Shown: positions 35,414 through 47,030 of the stretch, one piece after another
Position numbering within the stretch: the first letter of the stretch is position 1
Layout of the letters: each line of letters begins with the position of its first letter
Source: Styela clava
Taxonomy: Eukaryota
Direction: 5' to 3'
Assembly: GCF_964204865.1 (NCBI RefSeq)
Contig: NC_135251.1
Span: 7,998,001-8,062,000, forward strand
DNA: 64,000 nt
Made by a program: the position numbers and the translations under genes
The notes under the pieces: model-generated
The model's input: the letters and a program-made list of their open reading frames with translations, nothing else
What the model was told of the DNA's origin: nothing
Databases searched by the model: none

Positions 35414-37033
35414 ATGGCTGATGAAGAAAATAAAGAAATTCCCGCTGCAGAGGAAGCCCCACCTGCACCCGCAGAGGAATCTGCTGAAAATGTTGAGCCT
35501 GCTGCTACAGATGAACCTGCAGCAGTCACTGAAGAAGCAGACACTCCACCAGCAGAAGGAGGGGAGGTAGAAGTCAAAGAAGAAAGGGAAATACCACAAG
35601 AACAGGAGGGCGAGAAAGTTGATACTCCAGAGGAAGGGGAGGAAAATCCAGCAGAAGTTGCTGAAGCCGCTGCTGAACAGGCTCCTGAAGGTACAGAGGA
35701 GGCTGCAGGGGATGCTGCACCTCAGGAGGAACACAAACAAGAAGGGGTAGAAGGTGAAGTAGAAAAGCCAGAAACTGAAGTACCACCTGAAGGTGAAGAA
35801 CCAGTAACAGAAACAAAACCTGAAGAGGAAACAGAAAAAACGGAAACACCCTTGCCTCAAAACGAGGATTTCGATGCTGGGGAAAAAGACGAAGCGACGC
35901 TTGATGTTACCGGTGAAGTTTTATCAAGAGAAGGAAGCCCACAACCCCCTTTGGAAGGACCTGAAGAAATTAGGCCAGACTCTCCGAAACGAGAGTCCGA
36001 GGAGCGAGGCGTCATCTTTGAAGAAGAAGAAGAGGAGGAAGAAATCCCGAGATTTAACAGAGAAGAACTGATCGAAAGATACAATAAAGCTTTACAAGAA
36101 CGAGAAATGTTGAATCAGAAAAATCACGCTCTACAAAACAAACTAGCGGAATATTTTAAACGTAAAAAGACAGAAGACAACCGACAAGAAGTTGATCGCA
36201 ATGTTACAGACCAAGAACAAAGATACATGAAATACATCAGTAATTTAGAAGAGCTAAGAAACCAAGAGACAGCAGAAAGAGAGTCGTACGATGAACAAAT
36301 AGAGGAAATGAAAGAACGTAAAGCTGTGAAACAGAAACTAGTCGAACAAGAATGGAATGAATACTCAAATTTCAAACGTTCTGTTGCTCTCGCTTCTGTA
36401 AACAGCCGAAGCGGTCGACCTTTGACCCAGAAAGAATTTGAAATTTACGAGATTAATGAGGTCAAAAAAGAAGCCGAAGTTTCTCAAGTTCGACTTGAGA
36501 ATATAAAGTTGCGGAATCGATTACGAAAACGAGAATTGCAGTTGAAGCAAAAAGAAGAACTAGCTGAAGGATTACATCTCATCGATTTTGAGCAGCTGAA
36601 AATCGAGAACCAAACTTACAATGAAAAAATTGAAGAGCGTAATGAGGAGCTTATGAAACTCAGAAAGAAGATAACAAGTACGGTACAAGTTTTGACACAT
36701 TTGAAAGAAAAACTACAATTTGTACAAGGAGAAAACCAGGTATCCAAACAAGAGCTAGCACATATTGAAGCAGAAGTTGCGGGGAAGCGTGACATACTCT
36801 CTCGTACAAAACAAGCGAGGGATGCATTACGTCATGATAATTCAAAATTACAACAAAAATGTGGTCTGCTTGGAAATCGACTTCTTCTCCGAGACTATGA
36901 AGAAGGCACAGACGAAATTGCCGATCTAAGTCACCGCCTTGATCAACTAAAGAGAACTCATGCAGAACTAACGCTTAGTATTAGCGGTGTTAAAAAGAAG
37001 ATCGAACAAGCGAGAGCACAGTCGCAAAATTAA
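35414..37033 (+). CDS. CCDC96: Coiled-coil domain-containing protein 96 (CFAP184), intronless CDS
   Basis: E/A/P-rich low-complexity N-terminus. Conserved C-terminal LAEYFKRKK, EQRY and EELAEGLHLIDFEQLKIENQTYNEKIEERNEELMKLRKK (DUF4201-type). Confidence 0.93.
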   Translation: MADEENKEIPAAEEAPPAPAEESAENVEPAATDEPAAVTEEADTPPAEGGEVEVKEEREIPQEQEGEKVDTPEEGEENPAEVAEAAAEQAPEGTEEAAGDAAPQEEHKQEGVEGEVEKPETEVPPEGEEPVTETKPEEETEKTETPLPQNEDFDAGEKDEATLDVTGEVLSREGSPQPPLEGPEEIRPDSPKRESEERGVIFEEEEEEEEIPRFNREELIERYNKALQEREMLNQKNHALQNKLAEYFKRKKTEDNRQEVDRNVTDQEQRYMKYISNLEELRNQETAERESYDEQIEEMKERKAVKQKLVEQEWNEYSNFKRSVALASVNSRSGRPLTQKEFEIYEINEVKKEAEVSQVRLENIKLRNRLRKRELQLKQKEELAEGLHLIDFEQLKIENQTYNEKIEERNEELMKLRKKITSTVQVLTHLKEKLQFVQGENQVSKQELAHIEAEVAGKRDILSRTKQARDALRHDNSKLQQKCGLLGNRLLLRDYEEGTDEIADLSHRLDQLKRTHAELTLSISGVKKKIEQARAQSQN

Positions 37034-37210
37034 CTTTCGTTTTGATTTTTTGTCTCCCCGTTTCTCAATTTTACCGTTTTTTATCACTTTTTCCCGGCAC
37101 AGTCCCGAAATTAACCCTTCATTTTCGATTCATAGTTGTCCCTCTTTCCTTGTTTCCAATAAATCATTTAATCTGGCTCAATTCAAGTGCTTTCAACTGA
37201 TGTATTTTTC

Positions 37211-37216
37211 AATAAA
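37211..37216 (+). terminator. Candidate polyadenylation signal of CCDC96
   Basis: AATAAA about 180 nt after the stop, followed by GT/T-rich sequence. Another AATAAA lies near 37158. Confidence 0.45.
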
Positions 37217-37971
37217 CTAAGAAATTAAACTGTCTATTGTAGTGTCTTCCTTTTTCCGCAACTTAGTCACATAGAAAAACTTTTTTTTGTTTTATCGTTG
37301 TCCCCCTTTCCTCCCAAAGGCAGCCCATCTTTTTAAAATTTTCTGTTTTTCTAGAAATTAGGTGTTTTCAATTGATCCATTTTTCAGCGAATTGAGGGAT
37401 TAAATTTTCTATTCATTTACTAAAACAGTTTTTAAATTTGCAGAATTTGAAACAATTAATTTTATGTACTTTAATCAATTGCTCCGAATACGATTTATTG
37501 GTTCAATTTGGAAAATGTAAAAATTTTTTTATTTTAATTCGAAACGTATTTGCTAATACTATCCCGATAAGCAGCATTTAAATAATCTGTAGGAAATTTC
37601 AGAACTAATTATATCGATGTGAATTATTCACTTCCACCTCTGCTTTACCATTTCAGACTACAACGTTTAATATGCTACTGAATTTTATGTTGAAAATATA
37701 TATTTGATGAATTATAACATTGATTTTTGTATTTTATTGCTGCAAATGTGTTCTTATCTCCTGTTACATTAGGGTAGAGAAGGGCGGTAGGGTGCTTCAA
37801 TTTGAATTTCACAAGGACCCTGACTATTGATAGACAACTATTGATAGATATGGATTTATTGAGAGAATCTGAGTTTAATTTGTTAGTTTCTTTTTTATCT
37901 ACATGGGTCAAGTTTGCCAACCAAGATGGCGGACAACGGAACATAGTAGATGTACCAAGTTAAGGTTAGAC

Positions 37972-38321
37972 CAGGGGTTCCCAAACCAGGGATCGCGACC
38001 CCAACATGGGTCGGAGTGATAAGTAGGTAGGGTCGCAAACAGGTCATGGTGTCGCTGAAGTATGGTAAAGGATGGATGTACAAAACATCTAATATTTGAC
38101 AAACCATGTTAAATTTAGCAGTTTGTACCATGGCTTACTGTAAAACAGGCCCATAGGCATCGCTCTATGCTTATGCTATAGAAAATGTAGGTGCTGATTG
38201 TGACATCACCGTTTGGTTTTAACTTAGTTTACTTAATACCACCACATGACCAAACTCAGAAGTCCAGTGAAACTTGAACTGGGGTCGCACTGGACACTTG
38301 AAAAAAGCTTGGGAATCCATG
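37972..38321. mobile_element. hAT MITE nested in a Merlin-like MITE (host ~37905-38480)
   Basis: Ends CAGGGGTTCCCAAACC / GCTTGGGAATCCATG. GGTTAGAC occurs on both sides, with the right copy offset by 4 nt. Confidence 0.75.
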
Positions 38322-39330
38322 GGTTGGTTAGACCATAATTCTATTCCAGGTTCCCATATTTTAGTTCTATTACGAGTTTGGGACTAGCCAAGTCACTCCT
38401 GTAGTATTTGTACCCAAAATTACGATCCAACCCTTACGTTTCGGTGTCTGTAATCTTGGTACGCATACTTCAGGAGTACCTAAATCAATACATAGGTTTC
38501 TTCTATGGATAGGAAGGGCTGGAAAAAGGTCTACCCCAAGCTCTTAGCAATGTCAATGCAATATGGTCAATTGAGTCATTCTTTTGAGCCAGCAAACAAG
38601 TAAATTTTAGAACGAGCAATCAATATATCAGTATATTTAGAGAATTTTTGACTACCTAAATATTATCATCTGGACATCCTGTACTTCTTGTATTAGTGAA
38701 CCCTTTACTGGTCACCACAACAGCTAGGTTATGTACAGGAAATAGATATCAATAAAAAGCAGGAGACAGGTTTGCAAATATATCAGCCATATCCATATGA
38801 AGAATATTGATCCAAAGAAGGAAATAATCTGATCTACGAGGAAAAGGGCGAGATATTTTAACCACTTATTGAGTATTCAATTGAAGCCCTTTGTTGCCTT
38901 GTTTGAACAGCCCTTCTGAAGACCCCTCTTCAAACAAGACCTTTTTTGTCTGAGTATTTGACGAACTATGATCGAATATTGATCCATGATTGTCAATGAC
39001 TTTCAAAATTAAAGCAGTACCGTGTATACATCAAACTAATTCAACAAATATATGAGTCATACCACACTAGAATAATAAAACAAAACCGTGTGAAAGAGTT
39101 TTCCTAAACTTGCTTTTTATATTTATGGAGCCTACTATCAATTTTTGATATCCTTCCAATTATGATTTTTTTAAAAACAATACTTGGGATGATATTTTGG
39201 GGATGCAAGTGATTTAGACAAATTTATCAGATATTTTGATTTTTGAACTTCCTCAGTGGAATTTGCTATCTGCCAAATTTCTGAAATGAAAACGTAATAG
39301 AATTTGGGTATGCTTGATATTTATATGTAG

Positions 39331-39716
39331 CAGTGGTTCCCAAATCATTTTTCAATTGACCCAAATTCACAAAATTAAATCTCGTGACCCAATTATATCC
39401 TCATATACTGAATGGTATGTAGTGCTTTTATGGCCACAGAACTGAATGGCTTCTACAAAATAGTCATTTCTACATAATATGTATTGCAACAGAAAATTAA
39501 TTGCTAGTAGTTAGTACGGTAAGTTGTGCTTGTTAGCCATTAGCAGGTCTTTGAAATCGTGACGTGGGTTCGCTCAAGTCAAATAGATGCTGGTTTTATG
39601 CTGTGATTTCTCCTGCTTACAAAAATAACATTTGTGCAATACTACAATACCAAATATAGAATAAACGAAAACAACCCAAGAATATTTTCAGACGACCCAT
39701 AGGATGAGAAACACTG
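39331..39716. mobile_element. hAT MITE; the same family lies inverted and degraded in the introns after LRR exons A and B
   Basis: Ends CAGTGGTTCCCAAA / GATGAGAAACACTG, TSD 6/8. Internal sequence matches the reverse complement of ~10290-10640 and ~11690-12110. Confidence 0.75.
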
Positions 39717-40619
39717 ATATACAGGGTTAAATGCATAAATTAAACAGACAGCTTTTCCGATGTAGACTACAGCAACAACAACAAATTATGAATAATATTG
39801 GGCTACATTTCACCTCATTCAGGATGGTGAATTTGTGTAATCTTTCGCAAACTGGCTGTGCCTAGCCTAATATTGGCTGCTCATTCCGAGAAAAAGTAGG
39901 ATAAAAATATTCATTTTTCTGTTGATGGTGAGGATAGTGGAGTTCGATAACTTTACCATATTGTGATCTACCGGTTTATCCAGTTGCGAAATCCAGGGAA
40001 TTAAAGCAAACCCTTCTTGGAATTAACTCTTGGAATTAATGAGCAAACCCTGTTCTTGTGTTCGTTGTGCAGCAAATTGTTAATCTGCATTGTAGCTGAC
40101 AACTAGGGGTGGAGTCTAAAACTTTATCATATGGGGATCCACATCCAGTGATGGACTCAGGGAATTGAAGCGAACTTGTTCTTAAAATGTTAGACGAGCA
40201 CAGAAAATTGCTAACCTGCAATGTAGCTGATGACTAGCGATATATTTGGCCATTCACATATGTCGGATTTATGTAAAGCATGTATTTTACGGGTTTGACG
40301 GAAAAAAGAGACCAACACATTCCTAAAATTTTAATTTCCATCACTGTTTAAGACACAGGTTTTGGTCCATTCTGAATACAGGAATATTCGTCAAACTGAA
40401 AATTGTCATTAATATGTCTTTCCTATAAATCTAGCTAAAAACTTCAACAGCGTGCACCTGAAACAACCAAGCCCATTAAATAAAAAATCAATTATGTCTA
40501 CCAAATTATACTTTTAAAGAATATTTATAACACAATTCAAAAAGGATAAACTAAACTACAAGACTGTACAAATAAAAAGTGAATGAATAATACAGAAATA
40601 TATGAACTGTTAGTGCTTG

Positions 40620-40850
40620 CCAAATTATTCAACATTTTAAAAAACATGAAACGATTTCTCCCAATACACACCAGCTTGATGTAAGATATTTGAGATATTT
40701 TCACATATTGTTGAAGTCTTGATCGGAGGGAGGAGCATGGATATTTACAAATTATTCAAAACATTTTATAAAACATAAAACTATATCTCCCAATACACAC
40801 TACCTTGTTATTTCTTGATGTAAGATATTTTTACATATTGTTGGATATCA
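40620..40850. repeat. Imperfect tandem duplication (~130-bp unit x2)
   Basis: CAAATTATTCAA..CATTTTA..AAACAT.AAAC...TCTCCCAATACACAC...CTTGATGTAAGATATTT..ACATATTGTTG is repeated. Confidence 0.75.
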
Positions 40851-42551
40851 GAGAGTCTTGAGATTGGGGACAAAGGCCTGAATAGGTATCGTTTAAAAAA
40901 AGAAGTTTGAGATTTGGTATGAAGTAAACTTTAATATTTGCCTATTATATTTCATCTATATTGCCTATCAGACTTTTACTATAATTTAAAATAAATTATA
41001 GTTTATGGTATACTGATGGAACTTCAATTGCTCTAAAACTATAAATTTAACAGAAATTTCGGACTATATGATAACTATTTGCTTGATTTTGAAAAGTATT
41101 TTTGTGAGCGTGGTGGTCAAAACCTTTGGCACTGCATCACAAGTGAAAATATTGATTTCAAATTCCATGTCATAATAAACTGGGTAGGCCGAACTGCCGA
41201 ACCAGGCTCTTGAACTGACAGTGGGTCATGGGAGCTCCTGTGCAGAGCATTGTTTAAAGCAAAGGTGCATAAATATAACGTATAAAAATTATTTTAAGCC
41301 TTGGTAGCAATATTTACAGCAATGTGAGAGATATTTTACCAGACTTAATATTGGGGGGGGGAGGGGGGGTAGATATTACAGATTTCTGATTTGGAATACC
41401 GTAGGCTAATTCATGCTTAATTTACAAAAATAGCAAATTTTAATCGAAGAATCTATCATCCAAAATACATTCCTAAACTATTTTTGAAAACAAAAATATT
41501 CAGTTTATTCTAAACTAATAATAAAAATTACTCTATTCTGTTTTGAGATAAACAAGAGCCCACAACAATAAACAAGCAAGTTCAGAAAAAATACATATGA
41601 AATCTATTCATTTCAGTGTATGTGATCCCTACCCTAAATGTGTAATGTTAATGGTGAGAGTAAAAACAACACTGGAACAAACAATAGAGATAGTAACAAA
41701 AAAAAGTGCAAAATATGTTAAATTTAAAATTTAAACAGAATTATCATTCAAAGTATACACACCATTGTTCAACAATTAAAAATCTTGGAATTGATTTTCC
41801 AATTAAGGGGGCGATGACCTCATTGGACTTAACTGTGTTGGAATCCCAAGTGACGCAGCTTACACATGTCCCCTCTTCAATTCTCATGCCCTTCACCACC
41901 CAGCAGTAATGCTGTAATTTAATTAAGAGCCTTGCTGCCCTTTATCACAAACACATTTTTGTTATATTTCATATGCCTTGCAGCAAAGAGAACAGAAAGG
42001 CCAGACAGAGTTACATAAAATAGTACACGATAAACTATCCAATTCAACCGAAACAACACTACAGCATGTTTCAATGCGAGTCCAACAGAGAATGCAGTAA
42101 AAACATTTATAATATTAGATTAAGGATCTGATTCAACTCGACACATTATTGTGGAGTTGCAAGTCGTTATCGAATGCTAGAGCCACCAATTGATCAAGGT
42201 CTTTCTAAGGCAAGTTTTCAAGAAAGTTCCACCAGCATATAAGTGTGAGGAAGCAAATTATTTTGTTATCCCGGGTCAAATTTTGATTCAAAGTCAGACA
42301 CGATTTCTCTTTGAATCCACTTTGTACAAATGTATTTTGAATGGCGAAGACACACCATATTATGTCACAGACTCAACACTGTGGAGTTCCGAGTCAGCTT
42401 TTTTGCCGCAAACGAATGGTGAAGCCACTGAATCCGCTCTTTTAATAATAATGTATTTTGAATGGTGAAGACACACCATATTATGCCACAGTGATATGAA
42501 TTCATTATTAACAAAAAACTACTTTTCTAATATACCATTATATTAGTAAAT

Positions 42552-45272
42552 CTAATGCTTCCCTGCTGTGGGCTTTTTTCCTCGTGAAGCATTTCCAGCC
42601 GTTTTAGATTGCTCCGATTTTCCTTTCAATCTGTTGAGCGACGGTACTCGTCTTGGATTTTCTTGACAAGCGTCTCTTCCTGACCCCATAAGATGTGATT
42701 TCCAACTTTCCTCTCCTAGTTGGATGTTCTTGTGACACATCGGACACCTTGAGTGCTTATCTGCTTTGTTGATCAAGCATTTTTTATCGGCGACATGTTT
42801 TTGAAGGTCAGGAAGGTTGATCGCTTCCGAACACCTGTTACATTTTCCAAACGAGCCTTTTTTATCGCATTCGGAAATCAAATGATCGGTGTACGTTGAT
42901 ATTTCAACGACTTGTTTGCAATGCTCGCAACGTTTTAACATCGGACAGTTTTTCCAGTAATGGAGATCAAGGCCTTCATCATTGAAACTTTCGTCATGTT
43001 CTCCGCAAAATATACACAAGCGATCTAAATAAGCTGATGTATCGTCACCATCTTGACTTTCGCTCGGTGCGGCTTGATTTTCTGCCTGTGGCTGTTGCTT
43101 TTTCCCAGTATCTTTCTGAGGTTGTATTTTTGCATTAACGTTTCTAAGTTGTTCAATTTGTGATTGAAGTTCTTGTATTTCAGCCTGTTTTTTCTTTTCG
43201 TTCGCTTTCGTTTCACGTTCTCGTTGAGCTTTTAATTCAGCTTTTGTGGGTTTACCATCAATTCTATCCATTTCGTCAAAGATATTTCGATACATGATAT
43301 TTTTCCTGGTGGAAGGCTCGTCCGGTGGTAGCTTACTCTTTACAACTGCGCCAGCGAGACGATACACTTGATAAATAACTTGGCATGTTGCATCTCGAAC
43401 AGCGCCCGAATTGTGTTCCAAAGCTGGCATACAGAAATCCATTACAACCTCAGCTGTAAATGCCTGTGCCTCTAACCCTAAAGATTTAATCATCCTGCTC
43501 ACAATTTCAACTCGACTCTGCGCTAAACGTGTTGCAGTGTCGTGTCCGAAAGGTTGCACAACAGTATGCGGCAGAATGTGAGTGGCGCGGACATTCGGAA
43601 ATACAGACATCTTGTCGATAAAGTCGAGTGCAGTGCCACGTGCTCTTGCTACAGATTCTCCAGTTTTTTGAATGAGTTTCGGCAAAGTCTGATTGATCGT
43701 ATACGATAGGTCGTTCTTCCCAAGATGGTGCTGGGGAATAAAGTATGTCAGAAGAAGTTCCAGTACTTGTAAAGAAGCTGTGAACACGGAATGAACCTTG
43801 TCTCGTATTAGACGCTTTAAGATGAAGACCGTAGCTCGAAGATATGCTTTAAGTTGATCTTTACTGGTATCAGGTGGTAGTTCTTTCAGCTTTTTATACA
43901 TCGCCAAAAGAGCATCTTCACGAAAGGAAAACGTTTTTGAATACGCTCCTGAAATCAAAGGCAAACCAAAAACATCAATAGCTGATGACGCTTCTCGAAT
44001 GCTTTTTTCTGACATAGGTTCTGGTTCTCCGCTTGGAACGTTTCTTTCCGCCCCTGGAGGTAAAGTGTCGGTGTCCAATGGTGGTTCTTCAGCTGGAGGG
44101 GCATTTTTCTTGTTCAACGCAGGAATAATTTTATCATCATATGATGCACGGACATCAGTTCTCGGGGAAGCAATACTTTGAAAACTATCATCATGTAATT
44201 CTTGTGTGTGTTCCAATTCATGATGAGGATGTTGGGATGCTTGTGGACTGAGAATGCCATCCTCCGTTTGTCTTGGAGATACAACGCTCAATGCTTCAGC
44301 AACAGGAGATAGCGCTGTATTTGGCACAGTGTCAGGTTGTGCGTAAGGCTGGCGATCTTCTGCAGCGTAATGTTGATGCCGTGGAGGCTCTTCACGCTGG
44401 TAAGAATCTCTAGGAAGAGGGTTTTCCATTTCAAAGTAATGTGGGATCCCAGCTTCTTCAACAAGGCCGTAATTACGTAATTGTTGATAAACTTTTAAAC
44501 GATATTCTTCCATTTGTGCTTTCTTGCTTTTTGCAAGATCATAATCTTCGTCTTCCACGGCCTTTCTTTTATCTAGTTCGTACCTCGCAAGTTTTTCACC
44601 AACTTTTCGTAAATCTGCAATCGCTTGTTTCATCTTTTTAGCAGCGTCAAAATTTTCTAGTCTGACACACTCATTTTTTTGCGTATCCAAACGCCGGATA
44701 ATTCTTGCAACTTCTGGGTCCTGATAAAGGTCAAAGGCCAAATCATCCATCGGAGATATATAATCAGGATTTTTATGTGGACTGTCGTTTAAGAAATTCC
44801 CGCTATTTCGCAGCTCATTTTGATCAGATTGTAAATCGCCGATAATATTGAAAGCCATGATGCTGACCTGATTATACAAGTTAAATTTGTTTAAATGGTT
44901 TTTATGCAAAACGAGCTTCAGCATTGTGCCTTCTGTATCAACATGAACCGACTTCAATTCCCTCGATTTGTAACCAGTTTTCTCATTACTGGATAAATAT
45001 ATATAACCAAGTCGTTTAAAATTCCTGGAACCATCGACACCCCCGATATAAAACTCAACTTTTGTTGGAATAAGGTACTGGTGAGCTAGAAGTTGTAGTT
45101 TTTTCAGCCTTGCTGGTTCTTTCAGTTGAACAATCAACTCTTGTGGATAAACGCAGAAGCGTGGGGTTTGCCATCCTGCTACAGTCGGACTATGCTCTTC
45201 CAAATTTCTGGCAGAATAGCCTTCAGATTCCCCAGTGCTTCCAACGATGCTGTAGCCAAGTTTACGTGGCAT
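42552..45272 (-). CDS. CEP104: Centrosomal protein of 104 kDa, intronless CDS
   Basis: N-terminal jelly-roll (HSPTVAGW..RFC.YPQEL, LQLLAHQY.I, KSRELKSVHVD), YISPMDDLAFDLYQDPEVA, TOG-like HEAT region and C-terminal Zn fingers (LCIFCGE...LDLHYWK.CPML.RC..C.QVVEI). Confidence 0.96.
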   Translation of the reverse strand: MPRKLGYSIVGSTGESEGYSARNLEEHSPTVAGWQTPRFCVYPQELIVQLKEPARLKKLQLLAHQYLIPTKVEFYIGGVDGSRNFKRLGYIYLSSNEKTGYKSRELKSVHVDTEGTMLKLVLHKNHLNKFNLYNQVSIMAFNIIGDLQSDQNELRNSGNFLNDSPHKNPDYISPMDDLAFDLYQDPEVARIIRRLDTQKNECVRLENFDAAKKMKQAIADLRKVGEKLARYELDKRKAVEDEDYDLAKSKKAQMEEYRLKVYQQLRNYGLVEEAGIPHYFEMENPLPRDSYQREEPPRHQHYAAEDRQPYAQPDTVPNTALSPVAEALSVVSPRQTEDGILSPQASQHPHHELEHTQELHDDSFQSIASPRTDVRASYDDKIIPALNKKNAPPAEEPPLDTDTLPPGAERNVPSGEPEPMSEKSIREASSAIDVFGLPLISGAYSKTFSFREDALLAMYKKLKELPPDTSKDQLKAYLRATVFILKRLIRDKVHSVFTASLQVLELLLTYFIPQHHLGKNDLSYTINQTLPKLIQKTGESVARARGTALDFIDKMSVFPNVRATHILPHTVVQPFGHDTATRLAQSRVEIVSRMIKSLGLEAQAFTAEVVMDFCMPALEHNSGAVRDATCQVIYQVYRLAGAVVKSKLPPDEPSTRKNIMYRNIFDEMDRIDGKPTKAELKAQRERETKANEKKKQAEIQELQSQIEQLRNVNAKIQPQKDTGKKQQPQAENQAAPSESQDGDDTSAYLDRLCIFCGEHDESFNDEGLDLHYWKNCPMLKRCEHCKQVVEISTYTDHLISECDKKGSFGKCNRCSEAINLPDLQKHVADKKCLINKADKHSRCPMCHKNIQLGEESWKSHLMGSGRDACQENPRRVPSLNRLKGKSEQSKTAGNASRGKKPTAGKH

Positions 45273-46239
45273 TATTAAGATTATAACATCAGTATAATGA
45301 ATTTATATTCTGTAAAATAAATTTGAGAATTCGAAAAATGAGTTATTCTGTAAATATGAGAATAATGTCCAGAGCATACTCGGATATTGAGATTGGCAAA
45401 TAGAACTTACCGTATGAAGTATGCTGCATTCCAATGACTAATATTAGTACAGCGCAGTTCTCCGATTCCAAGAATAGCCCCCACAATAAAAGACATCAAT
45501 TATAAAAGGGATTGCAAACCCCTCCTTCACAAGACAGTCTGGATATCCAGATTGACGCGTCTGCCGTCATGCCAGAAGCCCTTCTTTTAGGACAAATTGA
45601 GTGTTTGTTTTTTTGAACTAAATGTCAGGACATCTTGAAATCAGAAAACTGTGCTCTACTGAATATAAACTTAAAGGTGCCAGTAGAGTACAACCTCGAG
45701 GCTAACAAGATAAATAGGTTACGGTACGGTACCGAACCATTGGCTGAATAGAATATTTTGTTATTTATTGTGACTGTAAGCCCAAATTTTGGGGAATTCA
45801 GGAATTAGGCTACCGGTACCGGTATACCGTAATAAATGAAGTGATTGACCTGGCTTGTATCATGTCTGCACGGGGCTGCTCATCAGCACAGCTACACACA
45901 AAGAATCTATTTAAAAAAATCATAAATTAGGTACGAAACACGAGGAATGGAGTCAGAAACAAACAAAAGATACCGTACCGGTACCGCGAATGTCCTGAAT
46001 GACTGATATTCCAGGCAGTTGTACACAATCCGGAAACGCCATATTCTGGCTTCAGTATTCGTACTGGTAATCTAATTCACCCCTACAGACACATACCCTG
46101 CCTCGAGAATGAAAAATTAGATCGAATTACCGGCTTCCGATAAACAATAAACTGTCTTACCAATGTTTACAAACACCGTTTCCAGGTTCTGACGCGAACA
46201 CCAGCTACCGGTACCGCTTCAATTAATCACATATTTGTT

Positions 46240-46251
46240 GTTGCTAGAAAC
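46240..46251. promoter_or_regulatory. Candidate RFX X-box-like site upstream of CEP104
   Basis: GTTGCTAGAAAC (minus strand GTTTCTAGCAAC), just upstream of a putative non-coding first exon with donor at ~46160 on the minus strand. Confidence 0.4.
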
Positions 46252-46742
46252 CTTGTTTCCGCAGCTAGTGATAGAGAGTTTTGCACTGCCCGGTAGAAGA
46301 CGCTAAAGAGTGTTGTTTAAATTTGTTTTTTATGTTGCCAGATTTTCTATATATTACATGTTTTTATTGTTTTAAATCACATGGAGCATACATGTTTTAT
46401 TATGAAAAAATTCAAAACCCATATTTATTCGTTAAAAATCACAAAAAAACATAGTATAAACATTAATTTAGTATTCTTTTTCGTCGTGATAACTGGCCAT
46501 GACGACTTTACCCCCAGTATCGTTACCACCCAGTCATTCGCCGGTGATTTGAATCTTCATTTTTTATGTATATTTATTTGTATTGTTATCTGGTTTAAAC
46601 AAAATAAAAATTATCTCCCTCTCTGCGCAACTTAATTTTGTCTATACTGTGACAGAACATGCTGCTGACCTCTCGTGATTCTGGCAACATTAAACTCAAG
46701 GATACAATAAGATGTGATGGGAACTTGACTACGGTATTTAGG

Positions 46743-47030
46743 ATAGAATTTACATATTTATCCCTGGGGTGAGGAAAGCCGATAAGACGGCTTAACTATA
46801 TAGCGAACCGCGACCTCTCGTCCGGTTACCAGTCCATGGCGAGTATTGGGTTAGTTAGCAGTTAATTGTTTTCGGAAGCATGAGCTTGATGGTGGGGAAG
46901 CTGTAACCGACCAGCGGCAATTTTCCCGCACATAACTATCCCCACATGGGAGATGAACCTGCGAACCCACGCAGGGTTAATCAGGGACGCGGTGTTCAGC
47001 GTATTCCTAACGCTTAGCACGTTGTGACTC
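46743..47030 (-). mobile_element. tRNA-derived SINE
   Basis: Minus strand reads A-box-like GTGCTAAGCGTTAGG, then B-box-like GGGTTCGCAGGTTCATCTCC, with a 3' tail ...GGGATAAATATGTAAAT. Related fragments at 59349-59480, 62588-62640, 63125-63170, and at the ends of the 1.74-kb duplication units. Confidence 0.75.

Noticed and set aside
35312-36375. Antisense ORFs (182, 91, 75 and 83 aa) over CCDC96
   Set aside because: Shadows of the Glu-rich, purine-biased coding strand.
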